64,000 bases of DNA, taken from contig NC_068988.1 of the NCBI RefSeq assembly GCF_001194135.2, forward strand, positions 10,620,057-10,684,056. Direction: 5' to 3'. The stretch is from Octopus bimaculoides (taxonomy: Eukaryota). The notes below the pieces were generated by a model. The model saw only the letters and a list, made by a program, of their open reading frames with translations, had not been told where the DNA came from and did not search any database. Positions 13,260 through 26,700 of the stretch are shown piece by piece. The translations under genes were made by a program, and so were the position numbers. Positions within the stretch are counted from its first letter, which is position 1, and every line of letters starts with the position of its first letter.

Positions 13260-14489
13260 CATGGTTTTAATCAGTTTTGCACGAGGAATCATGTAGCCAA
13301 CATTAACTTTATGAAATATATTAAATTTTAGCTATTAAACTGCAGTTCGGAGATCTTTATATATATGTACAAAGAACAGGATGTTAATATCGTATATTAA
13401 TATTCGTGAATGCCGCCTGAAGTCTGCTGAGAGCAACAATAAATTTTAAGGAACATATAATCTGTTAAGAATTATTTATCCTTAATAAAAATTACGTACC
13501 CCCCCCCTTTTTTTTTACTGCCTTATGTACACAAATCAAATATTAATAGATTTAAAACTGTAGTACAGCTTGGTGCGTAGTTACCGCTCGGTATCACCAC
13601 CACGTTTGCCTCCATGTGGTTATATGAATTATTGTTCTGATGTGAATATTTTAACCAACTATTAATAAGTCATAAGTATGAAAAATCATATCTACCTGAA
13701 CGGTATTTAATTTATCTTCTACGTATGTGAGAATATGAGATAAAGCATTGAATTGAATATTGTCAGACTGATAACTTTTGAGCCGTCAGCTTGGTATATA
13801 NNNNNNNNNNNNNNNNNNNNNNNNNNNNNNNNNNNNNNNNNNNNNNNNNNNNNNNNNNNNNNNNNNNNNNNNNNNNNNNNNNNNNNNNNNNNNNNNNNNN
13901 NNNNNNNNNNNNNNNNNNNNNNNNNNNNNNNNNNNNNNNNNNNNNNNNNNNNNNNNNNNNNNNNNNNNNNNNNNNNNNNNNNNNNNNNNNNNNNNNNNNN
14001 NNNNNNNNNNNNNNNNNNNNNNNNNNNNNNNNNNNNNNNNNNNNNNNNNNNNNNNNNNNNNNNNNNNNNNNNNNNNNNNNNNNNNNNNNNNNNNNNNNNN
14101 NNNNNNNNNNNNNNNNNNNNNNNNNNNNNNNNNNNNNNNNNNNNNNNNNNNNNNNNNNNNNNNNNNNNNNNNNNNNNNNNNNNNNNNNNNNNNNNNNNNN
14201 NNNNNNNNNNNNNNNNNNNNNNNNNNNNNNNNNNNNNNNNNNNNNNNNNNNNNNNNNNNNNNNNNNNNNNNNNNNNNNNNNNNNNNNNNNNNNNNNNNNN
14301 NNNNNNNNNNNNNNNNNNNNNNNNNNNNNNNNNNNNNNNTGTGTGTGTGTGTGTGTGTGTGTGTATAAATTCAAATTACAATGAACGTAATTTGAACTTA
14401 ACGTATGATAGCATCTCATAAAGCGAGATTTCTATACGTCTTATATACATATATACATCGCCATGATAGATCGCTGACCACTACATTTA

Positions 14490-14650
14490 TATTTTTTCTC
14501 CTTGTTTCTCTCCTTATTGCTTTCTGTGTTCCTTTCAGTTGAAGAGCGAGCGTAGGCTCGAAACGTCAAAGACTTTCTCTATTCCCGAGCGTTAAACTAA
14601 TACATCCATTTGTCTGTTGTTTCTTTCGTAAATTCTCCCATCTATATATA
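14490..14650 (+). mobile_element. Short interspersed repeat resembling a Penelope-like element terminus, with a non-canonical hammerhead-like motif
   Basis: 'cctttcagttgaagagcgagcgtaggctcgaaacgtcaaagactttctctattcccgagcgttaaactaatac' has a GAGC-gtag-GCTC hairpin directly followed by GAAA-CGT-C, flanked by cttt/aaag. The Penelope assignment is inference. Confidence 0.4.
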
Positions 14651-14875
14651 CGAGTAATATCGGTTTCTCTATGTCTACTGTCATAAAAAAATACCAAAGC
14701 AATATGTGATTAAACTTGTCACTACCTTTATGCTGATGGTTTTATATCGATTGTTTTCGTGCTTTCTTTTCTTATTTTTGTTTTTTAAACCAGCGTAGCG
14801 AAATTGAACCATTTTGTAACAGATTCTTAATACGTCGCATTTAATATGTGATATTCGATATTACTAATTTCAGTA

Positions 14876-15015
14876 AAGGCAACGGGGTCGCAGTATCGTT
14901 AGCCAACCAGACAAAGTGCGTATTTCCGTTCTGATTTCAATCTTTGTTGGGATGGCCTTCGCATCTTGTCCATTGCGGGATGTATACAATAAGTCAACGT
15001 ATCGGGGTTTCCATC
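14876..15015 (+). mobile_element. Highly degenerate tRNA-derived SINE (family B)
   Basis: 'aaggcaacggggtcgcagtatcgttagcc...gttctgatttcaa...ccttcgcatc...aataagtcaacg' aligns loosely with the family B copies at 19891 and 53060. Confidence 0.5.
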
Positions 15016-15606
15016 CTACTTTAAAGGGGATTACTCTCTTCACTTAAGTGTAAATGTAATTGCCGTTTAAACTCCATATATGTAATTCCAATCAATAACG
15101 AAGATAGATTTCGATTTCTTTCTTCTATTTATTCATTTAGTTTTCAATTTTTACTTTCTTCTTCTTTAGAATTGTTTTTCTTTATTCAGAAATAAAGACA
15201 AATAATAAGTTATGTATATAAAACAAATAAATTATTACGGTCCGGTTAGCTAAACTAAACAGACAAATTTTCTGAATATCCTGGTTTTTGGGAACTAGAC
15301 GTGCTGAATATTAATATGTTTGGTCAAGAGTAATCGCCAAGAGAATATAATCACTTCGATAAATCAGAGCAGAAATTTTGTATAATATTTTCTCCACATA
15401 CTGAGTGTATTAAACGTTCGTGGCCAAATGGGGTCTACGAACTTCAATGTTGTAGTCAAATATACCGGATGTACTAACAAAACATTTACTTACTAAACAT
15501 TATTTACCGAATGACTGAATTTACCAGGTGGTATGCCAATTGTAAATACTTGTCTTCCTGAGGGAGTAATTATCACACGATCTATACAACACACACGCAC
15601 ACACAT

Positions 15607-15639
<33 letters not shown>

Positions 15640-17428
15640 CATACAAGTATATATATATATATATATATATATANNNNNNNNNNNNNNNNNNNNNNNNNNN
15701 NNNNNNNNNNNNNNNNNNNNNNNNNNNNNNNNNNNNNNNNNNNNNNNNNNNNNNNNNNNNNNNNNNNNNNNNNNNNNNNNNNNNNNNNNNNNNNNNNNNN
15801 NNNNNNNNNNNNNNNNNNNNNNNNNNNNNNNNNNNNNNNNNNATTTATGTATATATATATATGTATATATATGTATGAATGTATATATATATATATATCT
15901 GTATATATATCTGTATCTATATCTATATATCTATCTATCTATATATATATATATATATACATATAGAATAGAAATATGTTACAAAAACAAAATAAAGAAA
16001 TATTCACACACAAACATATACACATATATACAATTCGTATACATGAACATATGTATGCATGTATGTATATATGGATGTATAGTTAGTTTCTGTTTGAAAA
16101 AATACTAATTTTATTCAGTGCACAAATACACTGGAAAACCTTTCACTATATTATCAGTCCTCATGTCTCTCCGATGGCACAAAATTATCTTATTAGTTCT
16201 ACAGATATAGTAAGACTACGTTTTATTTGAGACAATGTCTATCAGTGAGATATACGGTCGTTTTTCGTCGTGTATATGGTGCACCTCCCTTTTACGAAAA
16301 CATTTGACAGAAGAACAGAACACAGAACCACCTTGTCACGAAACAAATTTGTTAGTCATGCAGAGGTGCGTACTCTTAATCTAACCTCTTGCATTCGAAA
16401 AGTAATCTTCGACAGTCGTAGAAAGCAATAAGATTATTTATCTATATTGGGCCAGTTTATGTTCCCGCAATTAGAACTGTGTAACACTTAGCAAAATCTT
16501 AATTTAATTACCAGAAATATGATTAGACAGGTAGATGACAGTTTATTGGAAAGATCATAAAGGTTTGCTTAACTAACTGGAACTTTGCCAAACCAATATC
16601 ATGTGACTACATTTATCATTTTATACATTCCTGTCTTTGGATTCAGGCCATAGGGAGAAAATATCCTTTGAGTACATTCAGTCCGTTATATAAACCCCAT
16701 TAGTTGTATTCGTTGTGAATATATTTAATCAATCAACGCTATTAGATTTGCTAATTTGCTTTTGTCATATACGCTATTGGATGCAGTTTTATAGCAGATT
16801 GTATATGAACACACGCGTACACCTTTTGGTATGAAAGAATAGACAGAATGCATAAAGGCACACACTTCTACAGACACACGGCTATATTTATATATATATA
16901 TATATATATATNNNNNNNNNNNNNNNNNNNNNNNNNNNNNNNNNNNNNNNNNNNNNNNNNNNNNNNNNNNNNNNNNNNNNNNNNNNNNNNNNNNNNNNNN
17001 NNNNNNNNNNNNNNNNNNNNNNNNNNNNNNNNNNNNNNNNNNNNNNNNNNNNNNNNNNNNNNNNNNNNNNNNNNNNNNNNNNNNNNNNNNNNNNNNNNNN
17101 NNNNNNNNNNNNNNNNNNNNNNNNNNNNNNNNNNNNNNNNNNNNNNNNNNNNNNNNNNNNNNNNNNNNNNNNNNNNNNNNNNNNNNNNNNNNNNNNNNNN
17201 NNNNNNNNNNNNNNNNNNNNNNNNNNNNNNNNNNNNNNNNNNNNNNNNNNNNNNNNNNNNNNNNNNNNNNNNNNNNNNNNNNNNNNNNNNNNNNNNNNNN
17301 NNNNNNNNNNNNNNNNNNNNNNNNNNNNNNNNNNNNNNNNNNNNNNNNNNNNNNNNNNNNNNNNNNNNNNNNNNNNNNNNNNNNNNNNNNNNNNNNNNNN
17401 NNNNNNNNNNNNNNNNNNNNNNNNNNNN

Positions 17429-17464
<36 letters not shown>

Positions 17465-18682
17465 GTATACTAATTATATAATATGAAAGTAAATGAATTT
17501 ATGAATAAATGAAATATGCAAACCTTAGTTTTTCATTTAAGATATTACTAATTATACTATATTGGAAATGAGGACATTTACATGAATAAATAAATAAATG
17601 TGTACTACAGTAAGTGTGTAATATTTTGTAAATATCGACTTCAACAAATGCAACCATTCAAATAGACGTACCTTATACATAAACGTCGTCTATGCATATA
17701 CACAAGCATCATGCATACACAAGCCCATATCTAGACACATATTCATATACTCGGATACTCGCACACTCATATGTATAATGCAGTGACAATTATATTAGAA
17801 TATTATTTGTATGCGCCCAGATCTACTAAAATTCTTGAGCGGCCAAAATTCCGCTTAAATTATTACAAACTTTAATTTCAATACATATTCATATGCAGTA
17901 AGTATTTCACACATCTGTCGTTCAAGAAATCGGTCGACACATATGTTTCACTGTGCGATCAATAATATTCACTCCATGATTAATATTATCTTCTGTGCAC
18001 TGAGTGTTATTCACAGGCCTACTTAATGCTACTGTATATTGTGCTGCTGTAATTGTTTCATTATGCACACTTTCGAGTAAAATAGAACAATTTCGGTGTG
18101 ATTTCTTTATTAAAAAAAAACAACAACTCAATATTGGAAAGCGTCACAATTTCTTTCTATAATCCAAACTACAACTAAATAGCATTTCCACTTCATATTT
18201 ATTTTATTTTAGGAAGAAAAATTTATTTTTCAATGGTGAATGTAAAATATGTATTTCATTAAATACGTTTTATGATGTATTGATGAACACTAGTTAGTAA
18301 AATATATATTTGAAAAGGAAAAAAATAAATTATGTAACTAATCAGAATTCTATTAGAAATACATGATACTATAATGTAATGAAAAATTCGCAAGTAAAAT
18401 ATTTTGTTAGCTAAACTCACTATATGATATATTGATGAACAATAGTCAGTAAAATATATATTATATTATATTATATTAAAACATGAAAATATTTATATAA
18501 GTTAGCAGAATTCTATTAGAAATAAAATATATAACTTTAAAATCAGCAGATATTTCAGAAAAAAATAAAACAGAGATCATTATTTTGTTTTCATCGCTGT
18601 ATGACTATTAAATTGTGCTTCGTGAATAAGGAAACTACCTACAGTACATTGTTTTAGAAAAAAATGAAATTTCGGTTGCTCA

Positions 18683-19510
18683 CGAGGTAGCATCGAAAGA
18701 TTCCCGGACTAGTTCTGCAGCGCACTAAAAGATGGCAGCAAACGGTAGCATGCACAGTGAGAGCCAGCAATGACCTTCATGTGGCCGGGTGCTGAGTGAC
18801 ATTGTTTAATGTGTGTATTCATGATCACGTGTATGCTGTAGATTGTGATTTTGTCATCGGCAGGAACCAATAACCAATGTGAAATTTTGCGTTAAACTTG
18901 GATATGTTGGTACAGAAACAGCGCATGCCTCAGCAACTTACTTTACGGAGACACGGCAATGGTCGTGTGCAATCTTTCGGGTAGCACTGGCGTTTCAAAA
19001 GCGGAAGGACGTCTCTGAAAGCGATGAGAAATGTGGAAGACTTGCCGTGAGCTTTCCCGATGGAAATGTGATATTGTGCATATAGAATTCGTCCTCTCAG
19101 ATCCAGGGCGTCAGTTGAGAGATCTACAGCGACCTTTTGAAACGTTCGTTGGAGAACAATCGGCGAAAGCGACAAAATTGGATTCTTCACAACGGCAATG
19201 CACCCAGTCACCACGTTATCCTTACTCGTGAGTCTCTCGCCAAAAACAACTCAAAGGTCGCCATTTTAACCTGTTGTAGAGATCCAGAGAGAATCGCAAA
19301 AGTTTCTCGTATCGCTTACGGAAAACGACTTCGTAGCCGTATTCGAAAAGTGGCAGAAACACTAGGACCGGTGTATTGCTGCGCAAGGTGACTATTTCGA
19401 AGGAAATGCTGTTAAGTAAATGACTGGGAATTTTTTGGTACCGCCTCGTCCAATCGAGTTTCACTATAATCTTTTGTGTAGTCCGAGTTATTTATTTCGA
19501 GGATTGTCCG
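18683..19510 (+). mobile_element. Internally deleted mariner transposon (~830 bp) with degenerate TIRs
   Basis: N-terminal VKFCVKLG...SESDEKCGR (mariner HTH region, xxDxxRSGRP), then NWILHNGNAPSH (LHHDNAPxH) and C-terminal FEKWQKH*DRCIAAQGDYFEGN. The left end 'cgaggtagcatcgaaagattcccggactag' partly matches the reverse complement of the right end 'tagtccgag...tttcga...ccgtg'. Confidence 0.85.
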
Positions 19511-19890
19511 TGTTGTTCTTTAGTTCATGTTCAATTGCTGAGAATGCGCATGTACGCTTCTGTCAGAGCTTTTGATACAAGTGCTTTTAAATATGGTAGA
19601 ATAATTATATATTCGAAGTATTTTTAAATAAGGAAGAATGATTATAAGATGATACGACTGTGAATTGCAAAAATTCAATACTTTATTGATTTCTACTAAA
19701 TAACGTCGGAAAATCATAATTGAGCCTCGAGGTGATCTCTCGATCGACTATAATTTCCAGTCATTCCTCTTTGTTTCATAATCATCGCAACGAAGCAGAG
19801 TCTGGAAAAAATTTCTCATATTTAAGTTTGTATCAATCAGTTATTTAGAATTATTCCTTGCATTTACATTATTATTATCAGTATTGGAAA

Positions 19891-20095
19891 GCGGCGAGCT
19901 AGCAGAGTCGTTAGCACACCGGGCGAAATGCTTAGCGATATTTCGCTTATCGCTACGTTCAGAATTCAGACTCCATCGGGGTTGACTATGCCTTTCACCG
20001 TTTCGAAGTAGATTAAATAAGTAACACTTAGACACTGAGGTCGATGTAATCGACTTCATCCCTTCTCCTAAATGTGAGTCCTTGTGCTTCGAGCA
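19891..20095 (+). mobile_element. tRNA-derived SINE (family B, possibly MetaSINE-type central domain)
   Basis: 'ggcgagctagcagagtcgttagcacaccgggcgaaatgcttagc...gttcagaattcagactcc...gcctttcacc...taaataagta...gtcgatgtaatcgacttcatccc'. It has A/B-box-like head motifs and at least 7 related copies in the window. Confidence 0.8.
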
Positions 20096-20112
20096 GAGAG
20101 GAATATTATGGA

Positions 20113-20290
20113 AAGGTGACGAATAGGCAGAACCGTCAGTGCGCAGGATGAAATGCTTAGCGGTATTTCGTTTGCCGATACCTTCTGTGTTCAAATTTTG
20201 CCGAGGTCGAATTTACCTTTCATCCTTGAGGGGTCGATAAATTAAGTACCAGTTGAACACTGAGGTTTATCCAATCAAATCATCCCAACT
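20113..20290 (+). mobile_element. tRNA-derived SINE (family B), second tandem copy
   Basis: 'gaaatgcttagcggtatttcg...gttcaaattttgccgaggtcga...cctttcatccttgaggggtcgataaattaagtaccag'. Confidence 0.8.
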
Positions 20291-20367
20291 CTGTCGTGTC
20301 AGTCTATATGTCCCTTCCATTTCGTATTATTATTGACATTATATATATATATATATANNNNNNNNNN

Positions 20368-20369
20368 TA

Positions 20370-20400
<31 letters not shown>

Positions 20401-20455
20401 TATCATCACAATCACCATCATCATCATCATCATCATCATTGTAATAATCATCATC
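20368..20455. repeat. (ATT)n to (ATC)n compound microsatellite
   Basis: Direct reading. Confidence 0.9.
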
Positions 20456-21988
20456 TATGTTGTTTTTGCTGTCGCTTTTAAAATTGTCGTTTATGTATTC
20501 AATGCGGATCTGTCATGCAGGCGTATATGTAAAAAGACTTACTAAACACACAATCACTGCCATATAATAACACTCACGCCAAAGGCAGTGCGCGCGCATG
20601 ACATTTCGAGCACGTAACCTTAAATACAATTTTGTGTTTAAACACTGCAAAACAGAAGAAGATAAATATAAATAGGCTTCAAAATAATATGCATGTTAAA
20701 GTGTTTATATTTCGTGTTACTTTTATATTTACCATAAATATTGATGAATGTTTTATATAACATCGTGAATGCTTGTGACAGTTTCTGCTTTCGTGAAAGT
20801 GGAACAAGTATAAGAAGAGAAATATCTAAGTTTAATTTGGAAGGTCTTCACACATTCTGGAAAATCTTTGTACTCGTGCTTTAGTCAGAGATAAAACGGT
20901 AGATGTTTTCAAAGAAGAAATTCAAATCAATTACAATAAATCTCAACTATACACTGAAGGTATTTTAAATGTTCTGCACATTGGGAATGCGTCTTTTCCA
21001 CCTCTTTCACCAGAAGTATCATAGAATTATTTGACATTTATAAAAGGATACACTCCGTGCCATCAAATATCTCTCGGTAAGGACCTGTTGTTTTCTTAAG
21101 TGGCTGTTTCTTTACATTGCTTTCATTTATCGGATTTTCTCAATGACATATCCATGGAGATTATCATTACAACATTTTGTAAATCAAGGAATTACTGAAC
21201 GTGCATTTTTTTCCATCAACGAAAGCCACAATCTCCCAACAATCTTCATTCATAATACTATTAATAATTGACGATCTAGTGTCCTGCATCTTACCAGCTG
21301 ACTATGATTATTGAGACTGAGTTGAATATGAAACATTGAACTTATTCCAGCTCTGTGCATTCGACACTCTACAATGAAATTTTGAAAATTTCCTTTCAAA
21401 CTTATTGAAATGATGACAGACAACTGTGCGTATGTAAAGAATATATAACAGCAAATAATTCTCTCACATGGGACACCATCTTTACTGCCATTGCTTCTGA
21501 TATATCTCATATCGATTCCATTTAATTATTTCACAAACAACTCTTTTGCGCTTCTGTAATGCTATGTGTTGCATATATCACGGTCACGAATATATGTGCT
21601 TCCTCTTACATGTTACTCATTTCTGAAGTAAACTTTCTTGATTTCATTTGATATATATGCATACGATATGGAAATATTCTATCACACGTTTATACTTTGA
21701 TTCCAATATTTTGTTCTTTTCTCAAATGTATCAAGGTAAGAAGTTCTAGTTTGAAAAAGGAACTGGGACAGCTACATAAGTGATAAAATGATAGTAATAT
21801 TGATAATATTGATAAATGTTTAATAACTTACTTACTACAGGAACTGAAAAATTGACCTGCTGTAGATTTAGACAAAAACAACATGTTCTAGATATTCTAC
21901 AATCTTCGTTTCCTGAGAAAAAAAATGTCACAAGGATTGCAATACAGGACAACATCATAATCCCCTCCCATAAATTACAACATATTTA

Positions 21989-22118
21989 AATTTATCGACC
22001 CAGAAAGGATGAAAGGCAAAGCTGACCTCGGCGAAATTTGAACGCCGAGCGTATAGACAGATAAAATATCGCTAAGTATTTCGCCCGGTGTGCTAACGTT
22101 TCCGGTAGTTCGACACCT
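21989..22118 (-). mobile_element. tRNA-derived SINE (family B)
   Basis: Reverse complement of the family B core: 'ttatcgacccagaaaggatgaaaggcaaagctgacctcggcgaaatttgaac...gctaagtatttcgcccggtgtgctaacg'. Confidence 0.8.
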
Positions 22119-23629
22119 TGATATTCTCTTGAAATGTCTCTTCCTCTGTCTCTATTACTTTGACAGAATATCGTCACTTTTGTCTTACAGTCAATTTAGT
22201 CAATGATGTGGAACATCATATGCTGATTTTGTAGCTGTTACATCCGTAGGTTTGCTCTTTAGTATTAGATGTATGTATGCATCTATGTACGTAAGTGTGT
22301 GCATATTTTAACATATGTGTATGTACATGCTTACATGCATAAATACCTAAATATATATATGCATATATATATATATATATANNNNNNNNNNNNNNNNNNN
22401 NNNNNNNNNNNNNNNNNNNNNNNNNNNNNNNNNNNNNNNNNNNNNNNNNNNNNNNNNNNNNNNNNNNNNNNNNNNNNNNNNNNNNNNNNNNNNNNNNNNN
22501 NNNNNNNNGAGAGAGAGAGAGAGAGAGAGAGAGAGGGGGAGGGAGAGGGAGAGAGAGATTGATAGATAAATAGATAAAAAGATAGATAGATAGGGAGATA
22601 GATAGATAGATAGATAGATAGATATTGCAGCTGTCATTCATATATTAGTTTTATTTTTCCCGCATCCTCAAATAGTTCTTATACAACTTGTTATTCTAAC
22701 CGTCACTCCAAAATTTTTCTCTACCCTTCAAATATCATTTTACATTCGTTTTCTTTATTTCCAAAAAACCTCTGTGTAAATTTGAAAGAAATGCACACAC
22801 GCACATTTATTTATCCACATATATTCCCTTACTACATCTCAAATATTGTTTTATTTCATTTTCCAAGAAATATAAGAGAAAACTTGCAAGATATGTCAAT
22901 TTATTCGTACACCTCATTCCGAACATAACACTCTATCTCTCTAATATTCTCCTACATTCTTCCTTTATCGCTCCTTATTTCCCTCTCACTCACTCGCTTG
23001 CCATCCATCTAATTCTCACTGTCAATCTCTATTCAACAACCTATCTCTCACTTTCTCTCTTTGCATTCGATCCTTTTCAACTCCCGCTTCGCTATCGTTT
23101 TATTATGCTCTAAAATTACAGAAAAAAAAAACTAATACAAACATACACTAACGTATTATTATATTGGATTACTTTGATGTCAGACAGAACTGAGTTCATA
23201 TATAAAATTCTGGCAAACGTATACATAACTACTTAAAAGAACATCCTTTCTATAAAGCACATCAACTTTCAAATTATATATTTCTCTTCCTTTGTAATTC
23301 TATTTTAGCTGTTTTATATATGTATATATATATTTTCTCAATTCTTCTAGGTTTTGTTTTGCTAGAATTGTATTCTGTACTATGTATTACGCAAATGATT
23401 ATATAACACTGTTTAAATCTGACAAAATTTCTCTCGTCTCATATGTTTTACTTTCTCAGTTATCAAATTATCTCTGTAGTAATGTGGATGAAACAAATCT
23501 ATATTTGTACGTACAAACTCATTTTTTCTTGTATTCCAAATCTCCGGAAGCTTGCTGGCGTAGTATGGATTTCATTATTTGGAACAAGAACAGCAAGTTG
23601 GCAGAAGATTGTAAATCTATTATATCGAC

Positions 23630-23772
23630 CCTAGTGATCAACTGGTACCTATTTTATCGACTCTAAAAGAAGAAATCTACATCAGGGGAATCTAAGCTCA
23701 GAATGAAAAATCTGACGAAACGTTGCTAAGCATTAGCATCGGCGAGCTAACGATTCTGATAGATCGCTGCCT
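23630..23772 (-). mobile_element. Degenerate tRNA-derived SINE (family B)
   Basis: 'actggtacctattttatcgactc...ctcagaatg...gacgaaacgttgctaagcatt...gctaacgattctg' matches the family B reverse complement. Confidence 0.65.
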
Positions 23773-26700
23773 TCCGTGGTGTCGAAATGTTAAAGATATA
23801 CATTTTAGGTATATGTTCTTATTACATTTTATGTGTGATATTTATGCAGAATTCTACGTAATTCAAGTCACATCTCTTAAAATTCACGTTTAATCTTTTT
23901 GACGAATATTATTGAGACTGAAATGTTTCACAATTAAATGTCAAGTTTAATAGTTATTTTAACAAGTTGATATTGCTGACGTAAATTCAATTATTAGTAA
24001 TAAATAATCTTGAATTTTCAAAGTACAAATATAAATTTGTAAAATGAGACTTATTGGGACGTCTTAAGGCCGTGTTCGCTAGTGATGAAAAGAATCAGTG
24101 TGAATTTCAATGCGAGAATTGCTGGTGATAGTATTGTAATGCGCCAGCCCCAGTATTCGATGTTTAGAAAAGAGGTTATTAAAAAAAATAGTGCCCAAAT
24201 TTACTGTCTTCCATTCGCTTCTCGTGCCTACTCTCTGCTATGGTCATTAATGATGGCTACTGACTGAATGACTACGAGTGTAAACACAAGCGACCGAAAT
24301 GAGGTTGTTTCTAATCATTTCTGAAGTAACGTTACTCGACAGGGTAGGTAGCTCAGAAGTGAAGGAATCTCTCTAACTCAAGCCGTTACTTTTCTGCTTT
24401 AAGAGTTTACAGATTTAGTACTACAAAAGTGCGATTAGAATATCGCAGTATGGAATCACAAATCAGAGTTTCAAGGTTAGCGCTACACAGAGAACGAGCT
24501 GTATCTGAGTTGATCTGCAAAATGTAACCAGGATTGCTGCTGATAAAAGCCATGGGGGCGTCTAATGACTCTATTCTAAGACGCGCCTTAGAAATATGGG
24601 CAGAGATGGATTGATGGATGCATGGATTGATGGATGATAATGTCTTCCATTAAGCATACTTTATATTTGCCCGAGAATCTCCTACGGTGTCATGGTGATT
24701 TTAGGTTTCTCAACATTGTAGTTTCTACGCGCTCGTCATTCGTTATTGGCCTTGCAAAGAAAATATTTTAGCATTTCCCCACAAGAACATTTCTGGAAGT
24801 GGTTGCAGTTGTACACCTACCGCTTTCGACGACTGTTGCAGTTTCTTCATGTTCTGCAGCTAAAATCCGTCGCTAGCTTCACGATGTATATAAACTGGCG
24901 ATTATTTAGACTTTAGGTTCATGGAGAAATTGGGCATAAGACGCTAAGAAAAAGTATTCATTTTTCCGAGATTTTGTCTACAACTGTTTCGAAAGTTACT
25001 TCGCTACTTATGTTACTGTCTTCGTATATGAACGAATATGTCGTTGTTCTCCACACTTTGGTCCTTCAAATTCAATTGATGGCATTGCCTAACCGATATT
25101 CGTCACGTTCCTCCATATATCGCAGCCATTTCGACGCGACGAATGCACGGTGCTAAGTGTGCCACCTTTGGTTAGCTGAACTGGTGATGTGAGATTCCCG
25201 GTGCATGGAGTACATAACTGAAATGCTACTGATAAAAGTCGGAATGGTCACGAAACCCCTAGTAATTTTAGTATGGTCGGATGAGATAGGGTGCCAAGTA
25301 ACAACGATGTTTTTTATTTATTTATTATTTTTTTGCGGCTAATCGTATAACCAAAGAGAAACTCTGTCTCACTTAAGGCAGAACTGCAGATGGAGTGCAT
25401 GAAAGACACATGTTCTATTACATTATATAACACCTAACTTAACGATTCACTTTTCCGATAAACCTGGAATTACACCTCATCCAAATTCGTTACGCCTGTA
25501 TAGGACTTAATTACTCTGAATCAGTTAGGAAAACCATTTTGGCGTTCTCTATATCGTTGTATTCTTTGTGTGTGAAATGTTAGTTATTCTAAATCTGACA
25601 TCAGTATCTATTGTGCGATAGGTATAGATAGTTTAATCCTTATCGGGCTACGATAGAGCTATATTTCTTTTACGTGTATGTGAAATGTATATTATATANN
25701 NNNNNNNNATATATAATATGGTAACTCGTCACATTGTGTATTGAACAACAATGCTGGACATGCCTGGAAAGCGCTCCTTCCTTGTTTAGACATTCAAAAT
25801 TGTTTTATAAGTCAAAACATTTTTTTTTTTTACTATTTACGTAATGTATCATTCTGGCTTTCCTAGTCTCTCATTCATTTCCATAATGTCGAGGAAAGTA
25901 TAATTTAGTCAATGCACGGCGACTAATATAAAGACTTTTAATATATTTTCATTTACAATTCTCTGAATGGATGTCCACTGTCTAGAATTGTTAGATAAAC
26001 AACAATGCATATATCAACGTCAATTCGATTAAACTTTCACAAACAGATGTCCAGCAGATACTGTAAATCATAACATTGTTAATTCGCTTCCCCTTACATT
26101 ATACACGAAAGAATTACCGGACAATTTTGTGTAGGTAAATTGAACAAATGGTAATTTGGAGGTGCCATATTTCAGTAATGATAAAAAGATTTCGAGCGAA
26201 TAATTTACGTTGGGTTTATCACCAATACGTCTCTTTAATTGACCATAGATCTCAGTATTGTTCTGAAAACCTGCCAATCATAATATGACCCTACGAATAT
26301 TATGTAATTATGAATGGACGATCAATGTATATTTTGATTCTATGCTATAAGTTAAGAGCTGGTTCATTCACGTTTCTCTGAAGAAATATGTTAAAGTCAA
26401 TGTCACTGCATTTATACATTAAAAGTGACCATGTGAAATTGGCAATCAAGGTGGAATATGATAGATTGCCGATAAATCAAGAAGATATATGGCGAATCGT
26501 CATAAAATAAAGCAAGGGAAATTGAATGCGAAACACAGAGATACTTTATCTGAACGTCTCCTGCTCTTTGTAGGCGTTTGAATCAGTATGTGATTGTCAT
26601 ATCCTTCGTGTTAATGTAACTGCATCTGTGAGTGACATATTCCAATGGCGATGTCGCATATTTTTCGACAAACCAGAAGAAACGAAATTTAATGAGGAAT

